The notes below the pieces were generated by a model that saw only the letters and a program-made list of their open reading frames with translations, ran no database searches and was not told the DNA's origin. The position numbers and the translations under genes were made by a program. A stretch of 60,843 nucleotides of DNA, filler included, from Nemertoderma westbladi (Eukaryota > Animalia > Xenacoelomorpha): assembly GCA_032718475.1 (NCBI GenBank). It is 2 parts of 2 records of this genome, joined end to end, with 100 filler letters (N's around TTAATTAATTAA, not from the genome) between each part and the next. Parts side by side here need not be neighbours in the genome. Positions count along the whole stretch, not along the records: positions 31,372 to 60,843 come from JAUCBJ010008968.1; 1 more part is not named here. One strand, written 5' to 3'. This document shows, piece by piece, positions 51,114 to 60,843 of this stretch (the stretch's first letter is position 1; each line of letters begins with the position of its first letter).

Positions 51114-54100
51114 TTGGGAACCAGTTATGAAGTACCGGTTGGTGTAGGCCTGGATAGGAAGATAAATGTAGGAGGTAGGCCTAGCGATGCTACCGGTACC
51201 GCGAATACTGCGATATATAGGCCTACCGGTAGTCAACATACAGGTATGTCAGGTAGGCCATTAGTAGACCAACAGGCAGGCTTTTCAGTACCATTAAATG
51301 TAAGTAATAAAAGTAGGCCTATTACCGGTCAAAGTTTTGAAGGGTTAAAATATCCAACCTTGGGGGGATGTAGGCCTAATGAGCCTAGGGTTAGTAAACC
51401 TCCTGGAGCTGGAGTTATAGATCAAAATGAAAGGCGGGTCTATGTAGGAAACGCCGGACAACCTGGAGGCAACGGAGGATCTGGTTGGGGAGATCCTGGA
51501 GAAGGATCCGGGGATAACTCAAATAATGGTGGTAGGGATAGGCCAAATGATGTACCGGTAGTCAGTTTAAATGAACCAAACCATAATCAAATTGACGCTG
51601 TAGTGGAAGCCCTTAAAATGAAACTGGAGCTTCCAAATATAGAACCCTTTACCTTTGACGGTGAAGAGCCGGAAGAATATATACAGTTTCGGCATCTTTA
51701 CACCGAGGAAATATTAAATAAAAATATTTCCATGGTCAGAAAGATGAATTATCTTTTGGCTTATACCAAAGGTAAGGCGCATCAAGTCGTTCGACAGTAT
51801 GCTGGGCTGACGGACGGATTTTCTTTAGCATGGAGCGCTTTAGAAAAGCGTTATGGAAATCCAGGCTTGATTGTCCAGGCTACTATCGATAGACTTGTTG
51901 ATAATAACGAAATTAAAACAAAAGATAATTTTAGAGATTTTTCTGATAAAGTGAATAAAGCATTGGTGGCCCTTACTGAATTAAGCATGCCGCATGAACT
52001 TAATTCACTTAATAATATGCGACAGCTAGTAGAGGTTCTCCCTTATTGGGCCAGGGGAAAATGGAGGAAAACTGCAGCGACAATTAGGAGTAGGTATAAC
52101 CGGGAACCGCAGTTGTTTGAACTTGCACAATTTTTGGAAGATCAAGCTGAGATTATGAATGATCCCATATACAGTGAGGAACGTTTTCGCACTAATCGAG
52201 TAAAACCGGTGGACAAAAGGGAGGAAAATTATCGGAGATCCCGAGAAGATATTCCAAGGAGAGCTTTTGAATCAAAAGGAAACTCTGTGAAATCCAATGT
52301 GTTTGTAGCATCCGGTGGTTTTAGTAATGCCGCTAAACCTTCTATTAAAAGACAAGTCACATTTAGTAGTGAAGAATCACCATCGAATTCTCGTACGGAA
52401 CATTCTAACCAGAGATCGCATTTGAATATTTGTGATTTAAACTCACGATGTCGTCTTCATCCAAACAATAACTCTCATATGACGGTTGAGTGTGATCAGT
52501 GGCGGAGTGCACCAGAGAATGAGCAATGGGATTACATAAGGGAGAACAGATTGTGCCGTTTTTGCCTCTCCACTGGACATATTGGCCGAAATTGTTTCAA
52601 CCGGTGGAATTCTAGAAGGTGGACTCCAAATCGCAGTCTATCTAGGTCCCCAGCAGCTGGATACCGCAGGAGTGGGTCTAGTGATTTTAGAGACAATGCC
52701 CAGGATTGTGGCCCCATAGGGTATCAGAGGCAAAGAATGGATGCCTTTAGTATTAAACCCGAACAGGAAAGAATTCAAAATGTAGATAATATTTCCAAGG
52801 TGGATAATTCCCTGGCTAAAATAAATAACTTGACAGCTCACTCTGGGATTTGTATGACTGTAAATCTGGGAAAGGTTTATTTAAAAATTGTCCCCATCAA
52901 TGTCAGTTCGGGTAACAAAGGGGTAAGTACATATGCCCTTTTAGACCTTGGATCTACCTTGACCCTAATTGATAAGGAAGTGAGTGATAGATTAAATCTT
53001 AAGGGAGAAAAATATAATTTAGATTTAGCAACTTTGAGAAATGAACATACGAACACAACCGCCACCATGGTGAGCTGTCAATTTAACTCAGTACATAAAG
53101 GAAATAGTTTTTCGATGAAAGTATCTAATGCAACAGTAATTCCAAATCTGGGAGTTATTGGGTCGAGTCCTAATGAAACAGAAGTTCGACGATACTCGCA
53201 CTTACAAAATATATTGTTTGAACATCCACCTGTAGATATCCCTAAAGTTACTGTACTAATTGGGGTAGATAATTTATTAGCTCACCGAGTATTTGAGGAA
53301 AGATGGGGAAGTGAGCTGGATATGCCCAAAGCAGAACGAACACCATTTGGATGGGTGGTAATGGGTCCTATAAATTCTGTTACTCAAACGGATCCAATAA
53401 TTCAGCCAAAATGTACCCTGCCAAAAGAAGGAGCCAATGCAGCTGCAGTAACGAATTATGTGGATTCTGACAGCGAGCTATGTCACCATAAAGTAAAGAC
53501 TGGGTCAGTTCATTATGTTGGAACCGAACGAGATCTGGAATCCCTTTTCAACCAAGATTGTGAGGGGCTTTACGATTCAACTTTGGCAAACTCTCCAGAG
53601 GATAATAGAGCTTTACAGACTATAAAAGATTCAATTCGTTTTGTCGATGGTCATTATCAAACTAAAATGTTATGGAAAAATCCCGGGGAACCTTTAATAA
53701 ACAATAGAACGATGGTAGAAAATCGATTAAGGAAACTTAGGCAAAAGGTTCATAAAATACCAGGACGACACGCAGCTATTCAGGCTGTCATTGAAAAGTA
53801 TCTGGATAAAGGATGGGCGGTAAGGGTTCCAGTGGGAACACCAGAAACTCCTAGAACTTATTATCTTCCTCTACATGTAGTATGGGAAGAGCGGAAGGGA
53901 AAGATACGCCTGGTTAATGATGCGGCAGCGACCTATTTAGGCCATAGTCTTAATGATTATTTAGTTGAAGGGCCAAATATTTTCAATACTGGTCTTGATG
54001 TTTTATTGAGATTTAGGAGTGGGATTTTTGCTTTCACGTGTGACGTGGAAGCAATGTTCCACCAGGTGAAGGTGTATCCAGAAGATACAGAGAGCCTTCG

Positions 54101-56888
54101 TTTCCTCTGGTGTGAGGAAGACAACCTTGATGAAAAGGTACCAGTAACTGTTTTTAAAATGCTGGTGCACATGTTTGGGGCTAAAGATTCATCTTGCACC
54201 ACTACAATGTCAATGAGACGAGTTCCCATTGATCAGGCCGATACTTGTACGGCAGAGGTGAGGGACATGATTACCAATGATTTTTATGTCGATGATGGCA
54301 TGGCTTCCAAGAATACGGAAACTGAAATTATAATTATGGCTAAAGGAGCGAGAGATTGTCTTCAGAAGGGTGGTTTCAAATTACATAAGTTCATATCAAA
54401 TTCTGAAACCTTCATGAAGGTTATGTCTGATCAAATTGTGAGTCCAATTGGATCAGAGGATCTGTCAAAAGGTTGCAATGAAAACCGCGACCTTCCCAGT
54501 GGCATTGTTGAGTCTAGGGAACCCATTCTTAAAAGTATGTCGGACAGTGGAGAATCCAGGGCTTTAGGTATATTGTGGAATCGGCCACTTGATACCTTTG
54601 AATATGTCTTGGAACCTACTGACACCATTTTACATACCAAACGTTCTTATTTATCCTTCATTGCGAGGATATATGACCCACTTGGCCTGCTCGCACCCAT
54701 TACGCTGGTTGGTAGGCAGATTCTGAGAGAAGTTTACATTCTGCAGGTAGGTTGGGAAGAACACCTTCCAGAGTATATCCAAGCCCGATGGGAGGCGTGG
54801 ATAAATAGTTTGCGACAGCTGGAGCGTGTAAGTATCCCCAGGCCATATTTCTCTGATGGAGTTATGACAGCGATTGAGGCACATGTGTTTAGCGATGCTT
54901 CAGATGAAGGTTATGGCGCTGCTGTATACCTTGCCCAGACTGAAGGAAGACGAGATACAAGACTGGCTTATAGTAAAGCGAGGGCTGCTCCTTTGAAAAT
55001 AGTTCGTACACCACGTTTGGAGCTTATGGCAGCACTTTTAGGGACTCGAATACTACGACAAATTAAACTCGCATTACGAATTCCTGGACCTGCTCATTAT
55101 TGGACGGATTCTACAACTGTCATCCATTATATTCAAAATGAATCACGTAGGTTTAAAACCTTTGTTGCCAACCGTGCAGCAGAAATTAAAGAAACGACTA
55201 AGTTGGATGGTTGGCATTACTGCCCTACAGAGTTAAACCCGGCAGATATGTTGTCCAGAGGAGTTAGTGGAGTTCATTTCAAGAAAGACGAGAATTTATG
55301 GCAACATGGTCCGCCTTTCTTACCTAACAAAGCCGAATGGCCAACATTTCCCACAAATTCCAATACCCCTGATGTGATTGAATTAAAGAAAGGTGTGGTA
55401 AACACTTTAACTGATGTTGTTACCCCTACTGAACAAGTCCTTCGTTATGATGACACTTGGTATCGAACTTGCAAACGCGTAGCATACCTACGAGCACTGG
55501 TGCGTTTCCGTATGGATCGTTCAACAAAGCCTTTGATTGATATTAAGGGGGCAGAGTGGGCAATATTGCGGCATGCCCAGAGAGAGGGTTTCAAATCCGA
55601 TGTGAACTTGTTAACGGCAGGAAAGACAATACGCCATGACAGTAACCTACGAACATTCAGTCCCATTATGAGGGACGGTTTAATTTGTTTAGGATCGCGT
55701 CTATTAAATGCGCCCAGTGGAATAGTGCCAACAAGTCCGATAATAATACCTAAGGATTCTATTATAGTTGGTAAAATCATAGCGGGAGCACATCGTACGG
55801 TGTTACATGGTGGTGTGGAGGCTACGATATCGCGAATACGTCAAAAATATTGGATACCTGCAGTGCGACATCGTATTAAAGGTTATGTGGCAAAATGTGT
55901 GACTTGCCGGGGTATTAAAAGAGAACGAGTTCAACAAATAATGTCGCCGCTACCGCCTGGACGAGTAACTGCATTCCAACCAGCGTTTACCAATGCGGGC
56001 GTAGATTTGTTTGGTCCCATAAATGTTAAAGTAGGGAGGAGGTACGAGAAGAGATGGGGAGGCATCTTCGTGTGTTATACCACAAGAGCTTTAGCCCTTG
56101 AGTTAATTAAAGATGCTAGTGCTAGCGCATTCATAAACGCGCTCCGTCGATTTAGTTCTAGGTTCGGGGGCATAAAGAGAATAAGTTCCGATAATGGTAC
56201 AAACTTCGTTGGTGCCAGCCAGGAATTAAAAAAGTTATATCAGGCTGTCAGATCATCGGAAGTTAGAGCTATGGCAAACAGCAAGGAGATTGAGTGGCAC
56301 TTCCATACCCCTTATGCCCCCCACTCTTCAGGCGTTTGGGAACGACTGGTAGGCAGTTGTAAACGTATTATTGAGGTTTCGACTAGAAACAGATGTATAG
56401 ATGAAGATGAAATGCGTACAGTTTTTGCTGAGGCAGAAAACGTTATGAACTCACGTCCACTTAGCGCAACAACCGACGATCCTTCTTCTTACGAAGTGCT
56501 TACACCCAACCACTTGATGATGGGTAAACCAGTTCAGATAATAAACCGAAATCTGTTTGACGAGAATGATTTGTATAGCAGGAAGCGGTGGAAGGTTGTC
56601 CAAGAGATTAGTCGAATATTCTGGAAACAATGGATCTCGGAATATCTCCCAACCCTCCACTTTAGACAAAAATGGCGCACAGAACGCCGTGACTTGAAAC
56701 CAGGCGATCTCGTACTGGTGACAGAAGATACTTTATCTAAATACGACTGGGAATTAGCGAGGGTCATAAATACTTTCGCAGGGTCGGACGGCCATGTCCG
56801 GACCGTCGAATTAAAAACTGTAAACAGTGGTAAAAAGACAGTGAAAAGACCAGTAAACAAATGTTGCTTGCTTGAGCAAGCTATTTAA
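51114..56888 (+). CDS. BEL/Pao gag-pol polyprotein (gag core, Zn knuckles, aspartic protease, RT, RNase H, integrase)
   Basis: FTFDGEEPEEYIQF (gag), CRFCLSTGHIGRNC, ALLDLGS (PR), DVEAMFHQV and FYVDD (RT), FSDAS and WTDS (RH), H-H-C-C, DLFGP, SDNGTNF, GVWERLV (IN); 1924 codons uninterrupted, no ATG at the start. Confidence 0.96.
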   Translation: MGTSYEVPVGVGLDRKINVGGRPSDATGTANTAIYRPTGSQHTGMSGRPLVDQQAGFSVPLNVSNKSRPITGQSFEGLKYPTLGGCRPNEPRVSKPPGAGVIDQNERRVYVGNAGQPGGNGGSGWGDPGEGSGDNSNNGGRDRPNDVPVVSLNEPNHNQIDAVVEALKMKLELPNIEPFTFDGEEPEEYIQFRHLYTEEILNKNISMVRKMNYLLAYTKGKAHQVVRQYAGLTDGFSLAWSALEKRYGNPGLIVQATIDRLVDNNEIKTKDNFRDFSDKVNKALVALTELSMPHELNSLNNMRQLVEVLPYWARGKWRKTAATIRSRYNREPQLFELAQFLEDQAEIMNDPIYSEERFRTNRVKPVDKREENYRRSREDIPRRAFESKGNSVKSNVFVASGGFSNAAKPSIKRQVTFSSEESPSNSRTEHSNQRSHLNICDLNSRCRLHPNNNSHMTVECDQWRSAPENEQWDYIRENRLCRFCLSTGHIGRNCFNRWNSRRWTPNRSLSRSPAAGYRRSGSSDFRDNAQDCGPIGYQRQRMDAFSIKPEQERIQNVDNISKVDNSLAKINNLTAHSGICMTVNLGKVYLKIVPINVSSGNKGVSTYALLDLGSTLTLIDKEVSDRLNLKGEKYNLDLATLRNEHTNTTATMVSCQFNSVHKGNSFSMKVSNATVIPNLGVIGSSPNETEVRRYSHLQNILFEHPPVDIPKVTVLIGVDNLLAHRVFEERWGSELDMPKAERTPFGWVVMGPINSVTQTDPIIQPKCTLPKEGANAAAVTNYVDSDSELCHHKVKTGSVHYVGTERDLESLFNQDCEGLYDSTLANSPEDNRALQTIKDSIRFVDGHYQTKMLWKNPGEPLINNRTMVENRLRKLRQKVHKIPGRHAAIQAVIEKYLDKGWAVRVPVGTPETPRTYYLPLHVVWEERKGKIRLVNDAAATYLGHSLNDYLVEGPNIFNTGLDVLLRFRSGIFAFTCDVEAMFHQVKVYPEDTESLRFLWCEEDNLDEKVPVTVFKMLVHMFGAKDSSCTTTMSMRRVPIDQADTCTAEVRDMITNDFYVDDGMASKNTETEIIIMAKGARDCLQKGGFKLHKFISNSETFMKVMSDQIVSPIGSEDLSKGCNENRDLPSGIVESREPILKSMSDSGESRALGILWNRPLDTFEYVLEPTDTILHTKRSYLSFIARIYDPLGLLAPITLVGRQILREVYILQVGWEEHLPEYIQARWEAWINSLRQLERVSIPRPYFSDGVMTAIEAHVFSDASDEGYGAAVYLAQTEGRRDTRLAYSKARAAPLKIVRTPRLELMAALLGTRILRQIKLALRIPGPAHYWTDSTTVIHYIQNESRRFKTFVANRAAEIKETTKLDGWHYCPTELNPADMLSRGVSGVHFKKDENLWQHGPPFLPNKAEWPTFPTNSNTPDVIELKKGVVNTLTDVVTPTEQVLRYDDTWYRTCKRVAYLRALVRFRMDRSTKPLIDIKGAEWAILRHAQREGFKSDVNLLTAGKTIRHDSNLRTFSPIMRDGLICLGSRLLNAPSGIVPTSPIIIPKDSIIVGKIIAGAHRTVLHGGVEATISRIRQKYWIPAVRHRIKGYVAKCVTCRGIKRERVQQIMSPLPPGRVTAFQPAFTNAGVDLFGPINVKVGRRYEKRWGGIFVCYTTRALALELIKDASASAFINALRRFSSRFGGIKRISSDNGTNFVGASQELKKLYQAVRSSEVRAMANSKEIEWHFHTPYAPHSSGVWERLVGSCKRIIEVSTRNRCIDEDEMRTVFAEAENVMNSRPLSATTDDPSSYEVLTPNHLMMGKPVQIINRNLFDENDLYSRKRWKVVQEISRIFWKQWISEYLPTLHFRQKWRTERRDLKPGDLVLVTEDTLSKYDWELARVINTFAGSDGHVRTVELKTVNSGKKTVKRPVNKCCLLEQAI

Positions 56889-57591
56889 AATCTCGTAACA
56901 TAAGGGGGGAGGGTATAGGATTTAGTATGTAGATCAATATTTTTTAAATTATGTTTCTCGATTTCATATTTTTTGAAATAAAATAATTATTAAATTAGAA
57001 TGAATGTGAGTTTGAGTGATGTGATGCGAAATTAATATAATAAATAGTGGTGATATTAAATAATATTAATAACATTTGAATAATTTATGATTATGAATGT
57101 ATGATGAATGAATGGATTAATTTAATTAAACTAAGTGTTTTGTCAATAACGACAGACAGAACTATGCCATTATGGGCAGGTGAGAATAAGACCCATTCAT
57201 ATGGCTCCGTTGAAATACGGAGGAACCTTATTTAATTTCCCAAAACAGTAGGGAGACGTCCCTGGGGATTTTAAACGGTTAAATTAACAGGGCACCAGGA
57301 GGTCCTAGGAACATGGGGGGAGCTCCGTCTGTGATCTGGGTGTCCGTGATCTGGATATTATGTTTGTGAATGAGTATATATATTTGTGTGTAAAAAAAAG
57401 TAACATAAATAAATTAAAATTAGTTTAAATATTTCGAGAAATTTAATTTAATCACTAAATGTACCGATACGTGGTGTATAATAATAAATTGTAGATTAAT
57501 AGGTCATTAACTTATTACTGTAAATTAGGTCAGAGACTTTGATTAAGTAAAGATTTTATGTACCAGTTATATTACGATATGATATGAGTTA

Positions 57592-58381
57592 ATGGGATCA
57601 GATTACGATCTTTCTGCGACGCAGTTCTCTCTGGACGGTAAAGTTTTCCAAGTGGAGTACGCTCAGAAAGCGGTGGTGAATGACGGCACCATCGTGGCGT
57701 TACGGGTAAGCGATGGAGTCATTCTGGCCGTCGAGAAATTCATCCAATCGAAACTCCACGAAACGGATGTGCAGTCGATAACCCGTCTGTTCCACCTAGA
57801 GGAAGGTGTTGGTGCCTCGGTCGCTGGGTTACTAACAGACTATTTAATGCTCGTGGATTACGCGCGGGATGAGACGGCGGATTGCTGGGAATCCTACGGA
57901 GTCCGCGTTCCATTGGAAGTTCGCGAATACGTACACCCTCGCTCCCTGTACTCGGGTATACGGCCGTTTGACGACTATAACCCTGGCGGCTGTAGGGGCC
58001 GACGTCGGTCCCCAGATATATATGGTGGAGCCTAGCGGGTACGCGGGAGTATGACCAAGTTGCCAAGGATACCTTGATGAAAGCGGACTCATACGGAATT
58101 TAAATGACACCAATAGTGATAACAGCGATGAGTTGTCAGCTCTTTTCTTAATCCCTTTGTTAATTTTAGTTGTTTTTTTTTTAGTTGTTATTTTGGACAG
58201 AGTTTTGTCCTACTGCTGCAAGCCTTTAGCCTTTTGGTCGTTGAATTTTGTAAAAGTTTTTATCATTTTGCGTGAGCGAAATGAAACCAGTAGGCGAGAT
58301 GGGCCCCAAGAAATGTTCATGGAAGTTTACCACCATCCATGTTGGAACTCCGGTACCGGGAATGATTTGGCGAATAGTTGA
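57592..58381 (+). pseudogene. PSMA3: Captured proteasome alpha-7 (PSMA3-like) domain fused to a transmembrane tail; 2-nt deletion at ~57970 and TGA at 58052
   Basis: MGSDYDLSATQFSLDGKVFQVEYAQKAV...AVEKFIQSKLHE...VAGLLTD...YVH..SLYSGIRPF / TTITLAAVGADVGPQIYMVEPSG matches alpha-7 (YDLSA.FSPDGRVFQVEYA, YVHAYTLYSAVRPFG, LYMIDPSG); same frame continues to LSALFLIPLLILVVFFLVVIL. Confidence 0.88.
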
Positions 58382-58557
58382 CTGGCTGGAAGCCATCAGA
58401 ATAAACAAAATATAAATAGTGTGGTGTGGTATATCTAATATAATCATTGCTAAATTTAATTGATCTTAACATAAGGTGGTTTTATAGTTTTGGCACAAAT
58501 CATTTCTTTGTTTTTTTTGTTGTTGAAAGTTTAGCAAGCTTAACTTTGGGGGGAGTT

Positions 58558-59097
58558 TGTAACGAAAGAAATGATGACATATATAACAAAGTAATTTTAT
58601 CCTCTCTCAAACGTTGTAAAGGACCTTAAGGCTCGCCCCATTCAATATAACGACTTTAGATTCAATATAATATAAGTAGGAAATCGAAGCAAGGGCATCT
58701 TGGCAATCTCCCAACTAGTACTAGGGATGTTATTATTTGGTTAATGGTGATGGGTTTGTAATGTAGGAAGGAGCGAGCCAATCACAGAATGCCACCGCCC
58801 GCGCCACAGAGAATGGCAGAGATGATAATTGATAAGATAAAGTAGTTTCTCCATTATGGCCCCAGTGTTGACTCTTTCCCCCCAGAGAGCGGGGATAGAG
58901 AAATAGCCGTGGTGGAAACACTATTTCTGACGAGTGTCTCCCACTCGTTAATATTTGCATTCTGTGATTGTCTCTAATTAATAACTGTGTGTAACACATA
59001 ATTACAATAAAACTGTTATTACACTGTATAAAGTGTGGGCTCGCACAGGAAGTGTTTTTCTCCAAGTAAAAAGCGGCTAGGAAGATTCTCCACAACA
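58558..59097 (+). repeat. 3' LTR
   Basis: 540 bp, follows the PPT, ends CA|ATTAG. Confidence 0.97.
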
Positions 59098-59163
59098 ATT
59101 AGCGATTAATCAGAACTTAATCTTGCGGTGTGGATTACTGTTTACTTATTTAGATAGAAAAAT

Positions 59164-60843
59164 TTGTCACATTCAGTATACGTACTTATAGTGGCCACAA
59201 GTGTTTGTCACATTCAGTATACCTACTTATAGTGGCCACAAGTGAACATTCAGTATACGTACTTATAGTGGCCACAAGTGTTTGTCACATTCAGTATACC
59301 TACTTATAGTGGCCACAAGTGAACATTCAGTATACGTACTTATAGTGGTACACAAGTGAACATTCAGTATACGTACTTATAGTGGCCCACAAGTGAACAT
59401 TCAGTATACGTACTTATAGTGGTACACATTCAGTATACGTACTTATAGTGGTACACATTCAGTATACGTACTTATAGTGGCCACATTCAGTATACGTACT
59501 TATAGTGGCCACATTCAGTATACGTACTTATAGTGGCCACATTCAGTATACGTACTTATAGTGGCCACATTCAGTATACGTACTTATAGTGGTACACATT
59601 CAGTATACGTACTTATAGTGGCCACATTCAGTATACGTACTTATAGTGGCCACATTCAGTATACGTACTTATAGTGGCCACATTCAGTATACGTACTTAT
59701 AGTGGCCACATTCAGTATACGTACATTTATAGTGGCCACATTCAGTATACGTACTTATAGTGGCCACAAGTGAACAGGGATCACATTCAGTATACGTACT
59801 TATAGTGGCCACATTCAGTATACGTACTTATAGTGGCCACATTCAGTATACGTACTTATAGTGGCCACATTCAGTATACGTACTTATAGTGGCCACATTC
59901 AGTATACGTACTTATAGTGGCCACATTCAGTATACGTACTTATAGTGGCCACATTCAGTATACGTACTTATAGTGGCCACATTCAGTATACGTACTTATA
60001 GTGGCCACATTCAGTATACGTACTTATAGTGGCCACAAGTGAACAGGGATCACATTCAGTATACGTACTTATAGTGGCCACATTCAGTATACGTACTTAT
60101 AGTGGCCACATTCAGTATACGTACTTATAGTGGCCACATTCAGTATACGTACTTATAGTGGTACACATTCAGTATACGTACTTATAGTGGCCACATTCAG
60201 TATACGTACTTATAGTGGCCACATTCAGTATACGTACTTATAGTGGCCACATTCAGTATACGTACTTATAGTGGCCACATTCAGTATACGTACTTATAGT
60301 GGCCACATTCAGTATACGTACATTTATAGTGGCCACATTCAGTATACGTACTTATAGTGGCCACAAGTGAACAGGGATCACATTCAGTATACGTACTTAT
60401 AGTGGCCACATTCAGTATACGTACTTATAGTGGCCACATTCAGTATACGTACTTATAGTGGCCACATTCAGTATACGTACTTATAGTGGCCACATTCAGT
60501 ATACGTACTTATAGTGGCCACATTCAGTATACGTACTTATAGTGGCCACATTCAGTATACGTACTTATAGTGGCCACATTCAGTATACGTACTTATAGTG
60601 GCCACATTCAGTATACGTACTTATAGTGGCCACAAGTGAACAGGGATCACATTCAGTATACGTACTTATAGTGGCCACATTCAGTATACGTACTTATAGT
60701 GGCCACATTCAGTATACGTACTTATAGTGGCCACATTCAGTATACGTACTTATAGTGGTACACATTCAGTATACGTACTTATAGTGGCCACATTCAGTAT
60801 ACGTACTTATAGTGGCCACATTCAGTATACGTACTTATAGTGG
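59164..60843. repeat. 28-bp satellite (CACATTCAGTATACGTACTTATAGTGGC)n with 597-bp higher-order period; runs off window end
   Basis: More than 50 units; AAGTGAACAGGGATC inserts at 59768, 60037, 60365, 60634. Confidence 0.97.

Larger units (their letters stand above)
48604..59097 (+). mobile_element. Full-length BEL/Pao LTR retrotransposon, 10.5 kb, carrying extra 3' cargo
   Basis: 540-bp TG..CA LTRs, 5-bp TSD ATTAG (48599-48603, 59098-59102), PPT GGGGGGAG (58548-58555), gag-PR-RT-RH-IN order with BEL motifs. Confidence 0.97.

Noticed and set aside
24461-59097. Functional link between BAF (an integration cofactor) and the BEL element
   Set aside because: 24 kb apart, separated by an artificial scaffold spacer, and BAF lies outside the LTRs.

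Overview
AT-rich, repeat-dense animal (probably invertebrate) genomic DNA. An artificial 100-nt scaffold spacer at 31272-31371 means the two halves may not be neighbours. Host genes: the last coding exon of glutamine synthetase (4111-4312, +), a complete BAF/BANF1 CDS with no intron in the coding region (24461-24733, +) and two spliced exons of a class A peptide-receptor-like GPCR (34631-34420, 33760-33572, -). Most of the rest is mobile DNA. It includes a four-level nest (RTE LINE > 9.1 kb foldback DNA transposon > hAT, MULE-like and 5-bp-TSD elements > SINE and RTE fragment), an L2 LINE inside a piggyBac-like element, several MITEs and minisatellites, and a young full-length BEL/Pao LTR retrotransposon (48604-59097; 540-bp near-identical LTRs; ATTAG TSD) next to a 28-bp satellite. 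The BEL element is the highlight. (1) At the env position it carries a captured, intronless proteasome alpha-7 (PSMA3) domain in frame with a transmembrane anchor. (2) It has no TGG tRNA primer site, but a 10-nt perfect complement to its own LTR sits at that position, suggesting self-priming. (3) Its gag linker is packed with frame-preserving TACCGGTA/TAGGCCTA motifs. Paralogous repeats elsewhere in the window show these motifs arise as small insertions at TA, like DNA-transposon excision footprints. Family calls come from motif recognition by eye, not from database searches.
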